Positions 8,310 through 26,300 of a stretch of DNA of 64,000 nucleotides are shown here, piece by piece; the first letter of the stretch is position 1; each line of letters opens with the position of its first letter. The position numbers and the translations under genes are program-made. Source of the stretch: Eledone cirrhosa. Taxonomy: Eukaryota. The DNA is taken from the NCBI GenBank assembly GCA_964016885.1, contig OZ024743.1, forward strand, positions 175,336,001-175,400,000. The letters run 5' to 3'. The notes under the pieces were generated by a model. The model saw only the letters and a program-made list of their open reading frames with translations. It was not told where the DNA came from and searched no databases.

Positions 8310-11300
8310 AACCACTACCTCTGGCACTACCACTACTACCACCACTACCTCTGTCACTACCACTACTGACACCACTACCTCTGTCACTACCATTAGTGAC
8401 ACCCTTACCTCTGTCACTACCAATACTGACACCAATACCTCTGTCACTACCACTACTACCACCACTACCTCTGTCACTACCACTACTGACACCACTACCT
8501 CTGTCACTACCACTACTGACACCCCTAACTCTGGCACTACCACTACTGACACCACTACCTCTGTCACTACCACCACTACCACCACTACCTCTGTCACTAC
8601 CACTACTGACACCCCTACCTCTGTCACTACCACTACTGACACCACTACCTCTGGTACTACCACTACTGACACCCCTACCTCTGGCACTACCACTACTGAC
8701 ACCACTACCTCTGTCACTACCACTACTGACACCCCTACCTCTAACACTACCACTACTGACACCACTACCTCTGTCACTACCACTACTGACACCCCTACCT
8801 CTGTCACTACCACTACTGACACCACTACCTCTGTCACTACCACTACTACCACCACTACCTCTGTCACTACCACTACTGACACCACTACCTCTGTCACTAC
8901 CACTACTGCCACCACTACCTCTGTCACTACCACTACTACCACCACTACCTCTGTCACTACCACTACTGACACCACTACCTCTGGCACTACCACTACTGAC
9001 ACCCCTACCTCTGTAACTACCACTACTGCCACCACTATCTCTGTCACTACCACTACTACCACCACTACCTCTGTCACTACCACTACAGACACCCCTACCT
9101 CTGTCACTACCACTACTGACACCACTACCTCTGTCACTACCACTACTGACACCACTACCTCTGTCACTACCACTACTGACACCACTACCTCTGTCACTAC
9201 CACTACTACCACCACTACCTCTGTCACTACCACTACTGACACCACTACCTCTGTCACTACCACTACTGCCACCACTACCTCTGTCACTACCACTACTGAC
9301 ACCACTACATCTGGCACTACCACTACTGACACCACTACCTCTGTCACTACCACTACTGCACCACTACCTCTGTCACTACCACTACTGACACCACTACCTC
9401 TGTCACTACCACTACTACCACCACTACCTCTGTCACTACCACTACAGACACCCCTACCTCTGTCACTACCACTACTGACACCACTACCTCTGTCACTACC
9501 ACTACTGACACCACTACCTCTGTCACTACCACTACTGACACCACTACCTCTGTCACTACCACTACTACCACCACTACCTCTGTCACTACCACTACTGACA
9601 CCACTACCTCTGTCACTACCACTACTGCCACCACTACCTCTGTCACTACCACTACTGACACCACTACATCTGGCACTACCACTACTGACACCACTACCTC
9701 TGTCACTACCACTACTGACACCACTACCTCTGTCACTACCACTACTGACACCACTACCTCTGTCACTACCACTACTACCACCACTACCTCTGTCACTACC
9801 ACTACTGACACCACTACCTCTGTCACTACCACTACTGCCACCACTACCTCTGTCACTACCACTACTGACACCACTACATCTGGCACTACCACTACTGACA
9901 CCACTACCTCTGTCACTACCACTACTGACACCACTACCTCTGTCACTACCACTACTGACACCACTACCTCTGTCACTACCACCACTGACACCCCTACCTC
10001 TGTTACTACCACTACTGACACCACTACCTCTGTCACTACCACTATTACCACCACTACCCCTGTCACTACCACTACTGACACCCCTACCTCTGTCACTACC
10101 ACTACTGCCACCACTACCTCTGTCACTACCACTACTGACACCACTACCTCTGTCACTACCACTACTGACACCACTACCTCTGTCACTACCACTACTGACA
10201 ACCCTACCTCTGTCACTACCACTACTACCACCACTACCTCTGTCACTACCACTACTGACACCCCTACCTCTGTCACTAACACTACTGCCACAACTACCTC
10301 TGTCAATACCACTACTGACACCACTACCTCTGTCACTACCACTACTGACACCCCTACCTCTGTCACTACCACTACTACCACCACTACCTCTGTCACTACC
10401 ACTACTGACACCCCTACCTCTGTCACTACCACTACTACCACCACTACCTCTGTCACTACCACTACTACCACCACTACCTCTGTCACTACCACTACTGACA
10501 CCCCTACCTCTGGCACTACCACTACTACCACCACTACCTCTGTCACTACCACTACTGACACCCCTACCTCTGGCACTACCACTACCGACACCACTACCTC
10601 TGTCACTACCACTACTACCACCACTACCTCTGTCACTACCACTACTGACACCCCTACCTCTGGCACTACCACTACTACCACCACTACCTCTATTACTACC
10701 ACTACTGACACCCCTACCTCTGGCACTACCACTACTGACACCACTACCTCTGTCACTACGACTACTGACACCACTACCTCTGTCACTACCACTACTACCA
10801 CCACTACCTCTGTCACTACCACTACTGACACCACTACCTCTGTCACTACCACTACTGACACCACTACCTCTCTCACTACCACTACTACCACCACTACCTC
10901 TGTCACTACCACTACTGACACCACTACCTCTGTCACTACCACTATTACCACCACTACCTCTCTCACTACCACTACTACCACCACTACCTCTGTCACTACC
11001 ACTACTGACACCCCTACCTCTGTCACTACCAATACTACCACCACTACCTCTGTCACTACCACTACTACCACCACTACCTCTGTCACTACCACTACTGAAA
11101 CCACTACCTCTGGCACTACCACTACTGACACCACTACCTCTGTCACTACCACTACGGACACCATTACCTCTGTCACTACCACTACTACCACCACTACCTC
11201 TGTCACTACCACTACTACCACCACTAGCTCTGTCACTACCACTACTGACACCCCTACCTCTGTCACTACCACTACTGACACCACTACCTCTGTCACTACC

Positions 11301-14300
11301 ACTACTGACACCACTACCTCTGTCACTACCACTACTGACACCCCTACCTCTGTCACTACCACTACTGACACCCCTACCTCTGTCACTACCACTACTGACA
11401 CCACTACCTCTGTCACTACCACTACTGACACCACTACCTCTGTCACTACCACTACTGCCACCACTACCTCTGTCACTACCACTACTGACACCACTACCTG
11501 TGTCACTACCACTACTGACACCACTACCTCTGTCACTACCACTACTGACAACCCTACCTCTGTCACTACCACTACTACCACCACTACCTCTGTCACTACC
11601 ACTACTGACACCCCTACCTCTGTCACTACCACTACTGCCACCACTACCTCTGTCACTACCACTACTGACACCACTACCTCTGTCACTACCACTACTGACA
11701 CCCCTACCTCTGTCACTACCACTACTACCACCACTACCTCTGTCACTACCACTACTACCACCACTACCTCTGTCACTACCACTACTGACACCCCTACCTC
11801 TGGCACTACCACTACTACCACCACTACCTCTGTCACTACCACTACTGACACCCCTACCTCTGGCACTACCACTACTGACACCACTACCTCTGTCACTACC
11901 ACTACTGACACCACTACCTCTGTCACTACCACTACTACCACCACTACCTCTGTCACTACCACTACTGACACCCCTACCTCTGGCACTACCACTACTGACA
12001 CCACTACCTCTGTCACTACCACTACTACCACCACTACCTCTGTCACTACCACTACTGACACCCCTACCTCTTGCACTACCACTACTACCACCACTACCTC
12101 TGTTACTACCACTACTGACACCCCTACCTCTGGCACTACCACTACTGACACCACTACCTCTGTCACTACCACTACTACCACCACTACCTCTGTCACTACC
12201 ACTACTGAGACCACTACCTCTGTCACTACCACTACTGACACCACTACCTCTGTCACTACCACTACTGACACCACTACCTCTGTCACTACCACTACTGACA
12301 CCCCTACCTCTGTCACTACCACTACTACCACCACTACCTCTGTCACTACCACTACTGACACAACTACCTCTGTCACTACCACTACTACCACCACTACCTC
12401 TGTCACTACCACTACTGACACCACTACCTCTGCCACTACCACTACTGACACCACTACCTCTGTCACTACCACTACTACCACCACTACCTCTGTCACTACC
12501 ACTACTGACACAACTACCTCTGTCACTACCACTACTACCACCACTACCTCTGTCACTACCACTACTGACACCACTACCTCTGCCACTACCACTACTGACA
12601 CCACTACCTCTGCCACTACCACTACTGACACCCCTACCTCTGTCACTACCACTACTACCACCACTACCTCTGTCACTACCACTACTGACACAACTACCTC
12701 TGTCACTACCACTACTACCACCACTACCTCTGTCACTACCACTACTGACACCACTACCTCTGCCACTACCACTACTGACACCACTACCTCTGCCACTACC
12801 ACTACTGACACCACTACCTCTGTCACTACCACTACTGACACCACTACCTCTGCCACTACCACTACTGACACCACTACCTCTGTCACTACCACTACTGACA
12901 CCACTACCTCTGTCACTACCACTACTACCACCACTACCTCTGTCACTACCACTACTGACACCACTACCTCTGTCACTACCACTACTACCAACACTACCTC
13001 TGTCACTACCACTACTGAGACCACTACCTCTGTCACTACCACTACTGACACCACTACCTGTGTCACTACCACTAATACCACCACTACCTCTGTCACTATC
13101 ACTACTGACACCACTACCTCTGTCACTACCACTACTGACACCACTACCTCTGTCACTACCACTACTATCACCACTACCTCTGTCACTACCACTACTGACA
13201 CCACTACCTCTGTCACTACCACTACTGACACCACTACCTCTGTCACTACCACTACTACCACAACTACCTCTGTCACTACCACTACTGACACAACTACCTC
13301 TGTCACTACCACTACTATCACCACTACCTCTGTCACTACCACTACTGACACCACTACCACTGTCACTACCACTACTGACACCACTACCTCTGTCACTACC
13401 ACTACTACCACCACTACCTCTGTCACTACCACTACTGACACCACTACCTCTGTCACTACCACTACTATCACCACTACCTCTATCACTACCACTACTGACA
13501 CCACTACCTCTGTCACTACCACTACTGACACCACTACCTCTGTGACTACCACTACTACCACCACAACCTCTGTCACTACCACTACTGACACCACTACCTC
13601 TGTCACTACCACTACTGACACCACTACCTCTGGCACTACCACTACTGACACCACTACCTCTATCACTACCACTACTGACACCATTACCTCTGTTACTACC
13701 ACTACTACCACCACTACCTCTGTCACTACCACTACTGACACCACTACCTCTGTCACTACCACTACTGACACCACTACCTCTGTCACTACCACTACTGCCA
13801 CCACTACCTCTGTCACTACCACTACTGACACCACTACCTCTGTCACTACCACTACTGACACCACTACCTCTGTCACTACCACTACTGACAACCCTACCTC
13901 TGTCACTACCACTACTACCACCACTACCTCTGTCACTACCACTACTGACACCCCTACCTCTGTCACTACCACTACTGCCACCACTACCTCTGTCACTACC
14001 ACTACTGACACCACTACCTCTGTCACTACCACTACTGACACCCCTACCTCTGTCACTACCACTACTACCACCACTACCTCTGTCACTACCACTACTACCA
14101 CCACTACCTCTGTCACTACCACTACTGACACCCCTACCTCTGGCACTACCACTACTACCACCACTACCTCTGTCACTACCACTACTGACACCCCTACCTC
14201 TGGCACTACCACTACCGACACCACTACCTCTGTCACTACGACTACTGACACCACTACCTCTGTAACTACCACTACTACCACCACTACCTCTGTCACTACC

Positions 14301-17300
14301 ACTACTGACACCCCTACCTCTGGCACTACCACTACTGACACCACTACCTCTGTCACTACCACTACTACCACCACTACCTCTGTCACTACCACTACTGACA
14401 CCCCTACCTCTTGCACTACCACTACTACCACCACTACCTCTGTTACTACCACTACTGACACCCCTACCTCTGTCACTACCACTACTGACACCCCTACCTC
14501 TAACACTACCACTACTACCACCACTACCTCTGTCACTACCACTACTGACACCACTACCTCTGGTACTACCACTACTGACACCACTACCTCTGTCACTACC
14601 ACTACTGACACCCCTACCTCTGTTACTACCACTACTGACACCACTACCTCTGTCACTACCACTACTGACACCACTACCTCTGTCACTACCACTACTACCA
14701 CCACAACCTCTGTCACTACCACTACTGACACCACTACCTCTGTCACTACCACTACTGACACCACTACCTCTGTCACTACCACTACTGACACCATTACCTC
14801 TGTCACTACCACTACTACCACCACTACCTCTGTCACTACCACTACTGACACCACTACCTCTGGCACTACCACTACTGACACCACTACCTCTGTCACTACC
14901 ACTACTGACACCATGACCTCTGTTACTACCACTACTACCACCACTACCTCTGTCACTACCACTACTGACACCACTACCTCTGGTACTACCACTACTGACA
15001 CCCCTACCTCTGGTACTACCACTACTGACACCCCTACCTCTGTCACTACCACTACTGACACCACTACCTCTGTCACTACCACTACTACCACCACTACCTC
15101 TGTCACTACCACTACTGACACCACTACCTCTGGTACTACCACTACTGACACTCCTACCTCTGTCACTACCACTACTGACACCACTACCTCTGTCACTACC
15201 ACTACTACCACCACTACCTCTGTCACTACCACTACTGACACCACTACCTCTGTCACTACCACTACTGACACCACTACCTCTGTCACTACCACTACTGACA
15301 CCCCTACCTCTGTTACTACCACTACTGACACCACTACCTCTAACACTACCACTACTGACACCCCTACCTGTGTCACTACCACTACTGACACCACAGCCTC
15401 TGTCACTACCACTACTGACACCACTACCTCTTTCACTACCACTACTACCACCACTACCTCTAACACTACCACTATTGACACCACTACCTCTGTCACTACC
15501 ACTACTGACACCACTACCTCTGGCACTACCACTACTGACACCACTACCTCTAACACTACCACTATTGACACCACTACCTCTGTCACTACCACTACTGACA
15601 CCACTACCTCTGGCACTACCACTACTGACACCACTACCTCTGGCACTACCACTACTGACACACCTACCTCTGTCACTACCATTAGTGACACCCTTACCTC
15701 TGTCACTACCAATACTGACACCAATACCTCTGTCACTACCACTACTACCACCACTACCTCTGTCACTACCACCAATACCACCACTACCTCTGTCACTACC
15801 ACTACTGACACCCCTAACTCTGGCACTACCACTACTGACACCACTACCTCTGTCACTACCACCACTACCACCACTACCTCTGTCACTACCACTACTGACA
15901 CCCCTACCTCTGTCACTACCACTACTGACACCACTACCTCTGGTACTACCACTACTGACACCCCTACCTCTGGCACTACCACTACTGACACCACTACCTC
16001 TGTCACTACCACTACTGACACCCCTACCTCTGTCACTACCAGTACTACCACCACTACCTCTGTCACTACCACTACTGACACCACAGCCTCTGTCACTACC
16101 ACTACTGACACCACTACCTCTGTCACTACCACTACTGACACCACTACCTCTTTCACTACCACTACTACCACCACTACCTCTGTCACTACCACTACTGACA
16201 CCACTACCTCTGTCACTACCACTAGTGACACCCCTACCTCTGTCACTACCAATACTGACACCAATACCTCTGTCACTACCACTACTACCACCACTACCTC
16301 TGTCACTACCACCACTACCACCACAGCCTCTGTCACTACCACTACTGACACCACAACCTCTGTCACTACCACTAGTGACACCACTACTTCTGTCACTACC
16401 ACTACTGACACCACTGCCTCTGTCACTACCACTACTACCACCACCACCTCTGTCACTACCACTACTGACACCACTACCTCTGTCACTACCACTACTGACA
16501 CCCCTACCTCTGTCACTACCACTACTGACACCCCTACCTCTGTCACTACCACTACTGACACCACTACCTCTGTCACTACCACTACTACCACCACTACCTC
16601 TGTCACTACCACTACTGACACCACTACCTCTGTCACTACCACTACTGACACCACTACCTCTGTCACTACCACTACTACCACCACTACCTCTGTCACTACC
16701 ACTACTGACACCACTACCTCTGGCACTACCACTACTGACACCCCTACCTCTGTAACTACCACTACTGCCACCACTATCTCTGTCACTACCACTACTACCA
16801 CCACTACCTCTGTCACTACCACTACAGACACCCCTACCTCTGTCACTACCACTACTGACACCACTACCTCTGTCACTACCACTACTGACACCACTACCTC
16901 TGTCACTACCACTACTGCCACCACTACCTCTGTCACTACCACTACTACCACCACTACCTCTGTCACTACCACTACTGACACCACTACCTCTGGCACTACC
17001 ACTACTGACACCCCTACCTCTGTAACTACCACTACTGCCACCACTATCTCTGTCACTACCACTACTACCACCACTACCTCTGTCACTACCACTACAGACA
17101 CCCCTACCTCTGTCACTACCACTACTGACACCACTACCTCTGTCACTACCACTACTGACACCACTACCTCTGTCACTACCACTACTGACACCACTACCTC
17201 TGTCACTACCACTACTACCACCACTACCTCTGTCACTACCACTACTGACACCACTACCTCTGTCACTACCACTACTGCCACCACTACCTCTGTCACTACC

Positions 17301-20300
17301 ACTACTGACACCACTACATCTGGCACTACCACTACTGACACCACTACCTCTGTCACTACCACTACTGACACCACTACCTCTGTCACTACCACTACTGACA
17401 CCACTACCTCTGTCACTACCACCACTGACACCCCTACCTCTGTTACTACCACTACTGACACCACTACCTCTGTCACTACCACTATTACCACCACTACCTC
17501 TGTCACTACCACTACTGACACCACTACCCCTGTCACTACCACTACTGACACCCCTACCTCTGTCACTACCACTACTGCCACCACTACCTCTGTCACTACC
17601 ACTACTGACACCACTACCTCTGTCACTACCACTACTGACACCACTACCTCTGTCACTACCACTACTGACAACCCTACCTCTGTCACTACCACTACTACCA
17701 CCACTACCTCTGTCACTACCACTACTGACACCCCTACCTCTGTCACTAACACTACTGCCACAACTACCTCTGTCAATACCACTACTGACACCACTACCTC
17801 TGTCACTACCACTACTGACACCCCTACCTCTGTCACTACCACTACTGACACCCCTACCTCTGTCACTACCACTACTGACACCCCTACCTCTGTCACTACC
17901 ACTACTACCACCACTACCTCTGTCACTACCACTACTGACACCCCTACTTCTGTCACTAACACTACTGCCACAACTACCTCTGTCAATACCACTACTGACA
18001 CCACTACCTCTGTCACTACCACTACTGACACCCCTACCTCTGTCACTACCACTACTGACACCCCTACCTCTGGTACTACCACTACTGACACCCCTACCTC
18101 TGTCACTACCACTACTACCACCACTACCTCTGTCACTACCACTACTACCACCACTACCTCTGTCACTACCACTACTGACACCACTACCTCTGTCACTACC
18201 ACTACTGACACCCCTACCTCTGTCACTACCACTACTACCACCACTACCTCTGGCACTACCACTACTACCACCACTACCTCTGTCACTACCACTACTGACA
18301 CCCCTACCTCTGGCACTACCACTACCGACACCACTACCTCTGTCACTACCACTACTACCACCACTACCTCTGGTACTACCACTACCTCTGGCACTACCAC
18401 TACTGACACCACTACCTCTGTCACTACCACTACTACCACCACTACCTCTGTCACTACCACTACTGACACCACTACCTCTGTCACTACCACTACTGACACC
18501 ACTACCTCTGTCACTACCACTACTGACACCACTACCTCTGTCACTCCCAGTACTACCACCACTACCTCTGTCACTACCACTACTGACACCACTACCTCTG
18601 TCACTACCACTACTGAGACCACTACCTCTGTCACTACCACTAGTGACACCACTACCTCTGTCACTACCACTACTACCACCACTACCTCTCTGACTACCAC
18701 TACTGACACCACTACATCTGGCACTACCACTACTGACACCACTACCTCTGTCACTACCACTATTACCACCACTACCTCTCTCACTACCACTACTACCACC
18801 ACTACCTCTGTCACTACCACTACTACCACCACTACCTCTGTCACTACCACTACTGAGACCACTACCTCTGTCACTACCACTACTGACACCCCTACCTCTG
18901 TCACTACCACTACTGACACCACTACCTCTCTCACTACCACTACTACCACCACTACCTCTGTCACTACCACTACTATCACCACTACCTCTGTCACTACCAC
19001 TACTGACACCACTACCTCTGTCACTACCACTACTACCACCACTACCTCTGTCACTACCACTACTACCACCACTACCTCTGTCACTACCACTACTACCACC
19101 ACTACCTCTGTCACTACCACTACTGAAACCACTACCTCTGGCACTACCACTACTGACACCACTACCTCTGTCACTACCACTACGGACACCCCTACCTCTG
19201 TCACTACCACTACTACCACCACTACCTCTGTCACTACCACTACTGACACCACTACCTCTGTCACTACCACTACTGACACCCCTACCTCTGTCACTACCAC
19301 TACTGCCACCACTACCTCTGTCACTACCACTACTGACACCACTACCTGTGTCACTACCACTACTGACACCACTACCTCTGTCACTACCACTACTGACAAC
19401 CCTACCTCTGTCACTACCACTACTACCACCACTACCTCTGTCACTACCACTACTGACACCCCTACCTCTGTCACTACCACTACTGCCACCACTACCTCTG
19501 TCACTACCACTACTGACACCACTACCTCTGTCACTACCACTACTGACACCCCTACCTCTGTCACTACCACTACTACCACCACTACCTCTGTCACTACCAC
19601 TACTACCACCACTACCTCTGTCACTACCACTACTGACACCCCTACCTCTGGCACTACCACTACTACCACCACTACCTCTGTCACTACCACTACTGACACC
19701 CCTACCTCTGGCACTACCACTACTGACACCACTACCTCTGTCACTACCACTACTGACACCACTACCTCTGTCACTACCACTACTACCACCACTACCTCTG
19801 TCACTACCACTACTGACACCCCTACCTCTGGCACTACCACTACTGACACCACTACCTCTGTCACTACCACTACTACCACCACTACCTCTGTCACTACCAC
19901 TACTGACACCCCTACCTCTTGCACTACCACTACTACCACCACTACCTCTGTTACTACCACTACTGACACCCCTACCTCTGGCACTACCACTACTGACACC
20001 ACTACCTCTGTCACTACCACTACTACCACCACTACCTCTGTCACTACCACTACTGAGACCACTACCTCTGTCACTACCACTACTGACACCACTACCTCTG
20101 TCACTACCACTACTGACACCACTACCTCTGTCACTACCACTACTGACACCCCTACCTCTGTCACTACCACTACTACCACCACTACCTCTGTCACTACCAC
20201 TACTGACACAACTACCTCTGTCACTACCACTACTACCACCACTACCTCTGTCACTACCACTACTGACACCACTACCTCTGCCACTACCACTACTGACACC

Positions 20301-23300
20301 ACTACCTCTGTCACTACCACTACTACCACCACTACCTCTGTCACTACCACTACTGACACAACTACCTCTGTCACTACCACTACTACCACCACTACCTCTG
20401 TCACTACCACTACTGACACCACTACCTCTGCCACTACCACTACTGACACCACTACCTCTGCCACTACCACTACTGACACCCCTACCTCTGTCACTACCAC
20501 TACTACCACCACTACCTCTGTCACTACCACTACTGACACAACTACCTCTGTCACTACCACTACTACCACCACTACCTCTGTCACTACCACTACTGACACC
20601 ACTACCTCTGCCACTACCACTACTGACACCACTACCTCTGCCACTACCACTACTGACACCACTACCTCTGTCACTACCACTACTGACACCACTACCTCTG
20701 CCACTACCACTACTGACACCACTACCTCTGTCACTACCACTACTGACACCACTACCTCTGTCACTACCACTACTACCACCACTACCTCTGTCACTACCAC
20801 TACTGACACCACTACCTCTGTCACTACCACTACTACCAACACTACCTCTGTCACTACCACTACTGAGACCACTACCTCTGTCACTACCACTACTGACACC
20901 ACTACCTGTGTCACTACCACTACTACCACCACTACCTCTGTCACTATCACTACTGACACCACTACCTCTGTCACTACCACTACTGACACCACTACCTCTG
21001 TCACTACCACTACTATCACCACTACCTCTGTCACTACCACTACTGACACCACTACCTCTGTCACTACCACTACTGACACCACTACCTCTGTCACTACCAC
21101 TACTACCACAACTACCTCTGTCACTACCACTACTGACACAACTACCTCTGTCACTACCACTACTATCACCACTACCTCTGTCACTACCACTACTGACACC
21201 ACTACCACTGTCACTACCACTACTGACACCACTACCTCTGTCACTACCACTACTACCACCACTACCTCTGTCACTACCACTACTGACACCACTACCTCTG
21301 TCACTACCACTACTATCACCACTACCTCTATCACTACCACTACTGACACCACTACCTCTGTCACTACCACTACTGACACCACTACCTCTGTGACTACCAC
21401 TACTACCACCACAACCTCTGTCACTACCACTACTGACACCACTACCTCTGTCACTACCACTACTGACACCACTACCTCTGGCACTACCACTACTGACACC
21501 ACTACCTCTATCACTACCACTACTGACACCATTACCTCTGTTACTACCACTACTACCACCACTACCTCTGTCACTACCACTACTGACACCACTACCTCTG
21601 TCACTACCACTACTGACACCACTACCTCTGTCACTACCACTACTGCCACCACTACCTCTGTCACTACCACTACTGACACCACTACCACTACTGACACCAC
21701 TACCTCTGTCACTACCACTACTGCCACCACTACCTCTGTCACTACCACTACTGACACCACTACCACTACTGACACCACTACCTCTGTCACTACCACTACT
21801 GACACCACTACCTCTGTCACTACCACTACTGACAACCCTACCTCTGTCACTACCACTACTACCACCACTACCTCTGTCACTACCACTACTGACACCCCTA
21901 CCTCTGTCACTACCACTACTGCCACCACTACCTCTGTCACTACCACTACTGACACCACTACCTCTGTCACTACCACTACTGACACCCCTACCTCTGTCAC
22001 TACCACTACTACCACCACTACCTCTGTCACTACCACTACTACCACCACTACCTCTGTCACTACCACTACTGACACCCCTACCTCTGGCACTACCACTACT
22101 ACCACCACTACCTCTGTCACTACCACTACTGACACCCCTACCTCTGGCACTACCACTACCGACACCACTACCTCTGTCACTACGACTACTGACACCACTA
22201 CCTCTGTAACTACCACTACTACCACCACTACCTCTGTCACTACCACTACTGACACCCCTACCTCTGGCACTACCACTACTGACACCACTACCTCTGTCAC
22301 TACCACTACTACCACCACTACCTCTGTCACTACCACTACTGACACCCCTACCTCTTGCACTACCACTACTACCACCACTACCTCTGTTACTACCACTACT
22401 GACACCCCTACCTCTGTCACTACCACTACTGACACCCCTACCTCTAACACTACCACTACTACCACCACTACCTCTGTCACTACCACTACTGACACCACTA
22501 CCTCTGGTACTACCACTACTGACACCACTACCTCTGTCACTACCACTACTGACACCCCTACCTCTGTCACTACCACTACTACCACCACTACCTCTGTCAC
22601 TACCACTACTGACACCACTACCTCTGTCACTACCACTACTACCACCACAACCTCTGTCACTACCACTACTGACACCACTACCTCTGTCACTACCACTACT
22701 GACACCACTACCTCTGTCACTACCACTACTGACACCATTACCTCTGTCACTACCACTACTACCACCACTACCTCTGTCACTACCACTACTGACACCACTA
22801 CCTCTGGCACTACCACTACTGACACCACTACCTCTGTCACTACCACTACTGACACCATTACCTCTGTTACTACCACTACTACCACCACTACCTCTGTCAC
22901 TACCACTACTGACACCACTACCTCTGGTACTACCACTACTGACACCCCTACCTCTGGTACTACCACTACTGACACCCCTACCTCTGTCACTACCACTACT
23001 GACACCACTACCTCTGTCACTACCACTACTACCACCACTACCTCTGTCACTACCACTACTGACACCACTACCTCTGGTACTACCACTACTGACACTCCTA
23101 CCTCTGTCACTACCACTACTGACACCACTACCTCTGTCACTACCACTACTACCACCACTACCTCTGTCACTACCACTACTGACACCCCTACCTCTGGCAC
23201 TACCACTACTACCACCACTACCTCTGTCACTACCACTACTGACACCACTACCTCTGTCACTACCACTACTACCACCACAACCTCTGTCACTACCACTACT

Positions 23301-26300
23301 GAGACCCCTACCTCTGTCACTACCACTACTGACACCACAACCTCTGTCACTACCACTACTGACACCACAACCTCTGTCACTACCACTACTGACACCACTA
23401 CCTCTGTCACTACCACTACTACCACCACTACCTCTATTACTACCACTACTGACACCACTACCTCTGTCACTACCACTACTGACACCACTACCTCTGTCAC
23501 TACCACTACTGACACCCCTACCTCTAACACTACCACTACTACCACCACTACCTCTGTCACTACCACTACTGACACCACAGCCTCTGTCACTACCACTACT
23601 GACACCACTACCTCTTTCACTACCACTACTACCACCACTACCTCTAACTACCACTACTGACACCACTACCTCTGTCACTACCACTACTGACACCACTACC
23701 TCTGGTACTACCACTACTGACACCCCTACCTCTGGTACTACCACTACTGACACCCCTACCTCTGTCACTACCACTACTGACACCACTACCTCTGTCACTA
23801 CCACTACCACCACCACTACCTCTGTCACTACCACTACCACCACTACCTCTGTCACTACCACTACTGACACCCCTAACTCTGGCACTACCACTACTGACAC
23901 CACTACCTCTGTCACTACCACCACTACCACCACTACCTCTGTCACTACCACTACTGACACCCCTACCTCTGTCACTACCACTACTGACACCACTACCTCT
24001 GGTACTACCACTACTGACACCCCTACCTCTGGCACTACCACTACTGACACCACTACCTCTGTCACTACCACTACTGACACCCCTACCTCTGTCACTACCA
24101 GTACTACCACCACTACCTCTGTCACTACCACTACTGACACCACAGCCTCTGTCACTACCACTACTGACACCACTACCTCTGTCACTACCACTACTGACAC
24201 CACTACCTCTTTCACTACCACTACTACCACCACTACCTCTGTCACTACCACTACTGACACCACTACCTCTGTCACTACCACTAGTGACACCCCTACCTCT
24301 GTCACTACCAATACTGACACCAATACCTCTGTCACTACCACTACTACCACCACTACCTCTGTCACTACCACCACTACCACCACAGCCTCTGTCACTACCA
24401 CTACTGACACCACAACCTCTGTCACTACCACTACTGACACCACTACTTCTGTCACTACCACTACTGACACCACTGCCTCTGTCACTACCACTACTACCAC
24501 CACCACCTCTGTCACTACCACTACTGACACCACTACCTCTGTCACTACCACTACTGACACCCCTACCTCTGTCACTACCACTACTGACACCCCTACCTCT
24601 GTCACTACCACTACTGACACCACTACCTCTGTCACTACCACTACTACCACCACTACCTCTGTCACTACCACTACTGACACCACTACCTCTGTCACTACCA
24701 CTACTGCCACCACTACCTCTGTCACTACCACTACTACCACCACTACCTCTGTCACTACCACTACTGACACCACTACCTCTGGCACTACCACTACTGACAC
24801 CCCTACCTCTGTAACTACCACTACTGCCACCACTATCTCTGTCACTACCACTACTACCACCACTACCTCTGTCACTACCACTACAGACACCCCTACCTCT
24901 GTCACTACCACTACTGACACCACTACCTCTGTCACTACCACTACTGACACCACTACCTCTGTCACTACCACTACTGACACCACTACCTCTGTCACTACCA
25001 CTACTACCACCACTACCTCTGTCACTACCACTACTGACACCACTACCTCTGTCACTACCACTACTGCCACCACTACCTCTGTCACTACCACTACTGACAC
25101 CACTACATCTGGCACTACCACTACTGACACCACTACCTCTGTCACTACCACTACTGACACCACTACCTCTGTCACTACCACTACTGACACCACTACCTCT
25201 GTCACTACCACCACTGACACCCCTACCTCTGTTACTACCACTACTGACACCACTACCTCTGTCACTACCACTATTACCACCACTACCTCTGTCACTACCA
25301 CTACTGACACCACTACCCCTGTCACTACAACTACTGACACCCCTACCTCTGTCACTACCACTACTGCCACCACTACCTCTGTCACTACCACTACTGACAC
25401 CACTACCTCTGTCACTACCACTACTGACACCAATACCTCTGTCACTACCACTACTGACAACCCTACCTCTGTCACTACCACTACTACCACCACTACCTCT
25501 GTCACTACCACTACTGACACCCCTACCTCTGTCACTAACACTACTGCCACAACTACCTCTGTCAATACCACTACTGACACCACTACCTCTGTCACTACCA
25601 CTACTGACACCCCTACCTCTGTCACTACCACTACTACCACCACTACCTCTGTCACTACCACTACTACCACCACTACCTCTGTCACTACCACTACTGACAC
25701 CCCTACCTCTGGCACTACCACTACTACCACCACTACCTCTGTCACTACCACTACTGACACCCCTACCTCTGGCACTACCACTACCGACACCCCTACCTCT
25801 GGCACTACCACTACTGACACCACTACCTCTGTCACTACCACTACTACCACCACTACCTCTGTCACTACCACTACTGACACCACTACCTCTGCCACTACCA
25901 CTACTACCACCACTACCTCTATTACTACCACTACTGACACCCCTACCTCTGGCACTACCACTACTGACACCACTACCTCTGTCACTACCACTACTACCAC
26001 CACTACCTCTGTCACTACCACTACTGACACCACTACCTCTGTCACTACCACTACTACCACCACTACCTCTATTACTACCACTACTGACACCCCTACCTCT
26101 GGCACTACCACTACTGACACCACTACCTCTGTCACTACCACTACTACCACCACTACCTCTGGCACTACCACTACTGACACCACTACCTCTGTCACTACCA
26201 CTACTGACACCCCTACCTCTGGCACTACCACTACTACCACCACTACCTCTATTACTACCACTACTGACACCACTACCTCTGTCACTACCACTACTGACAC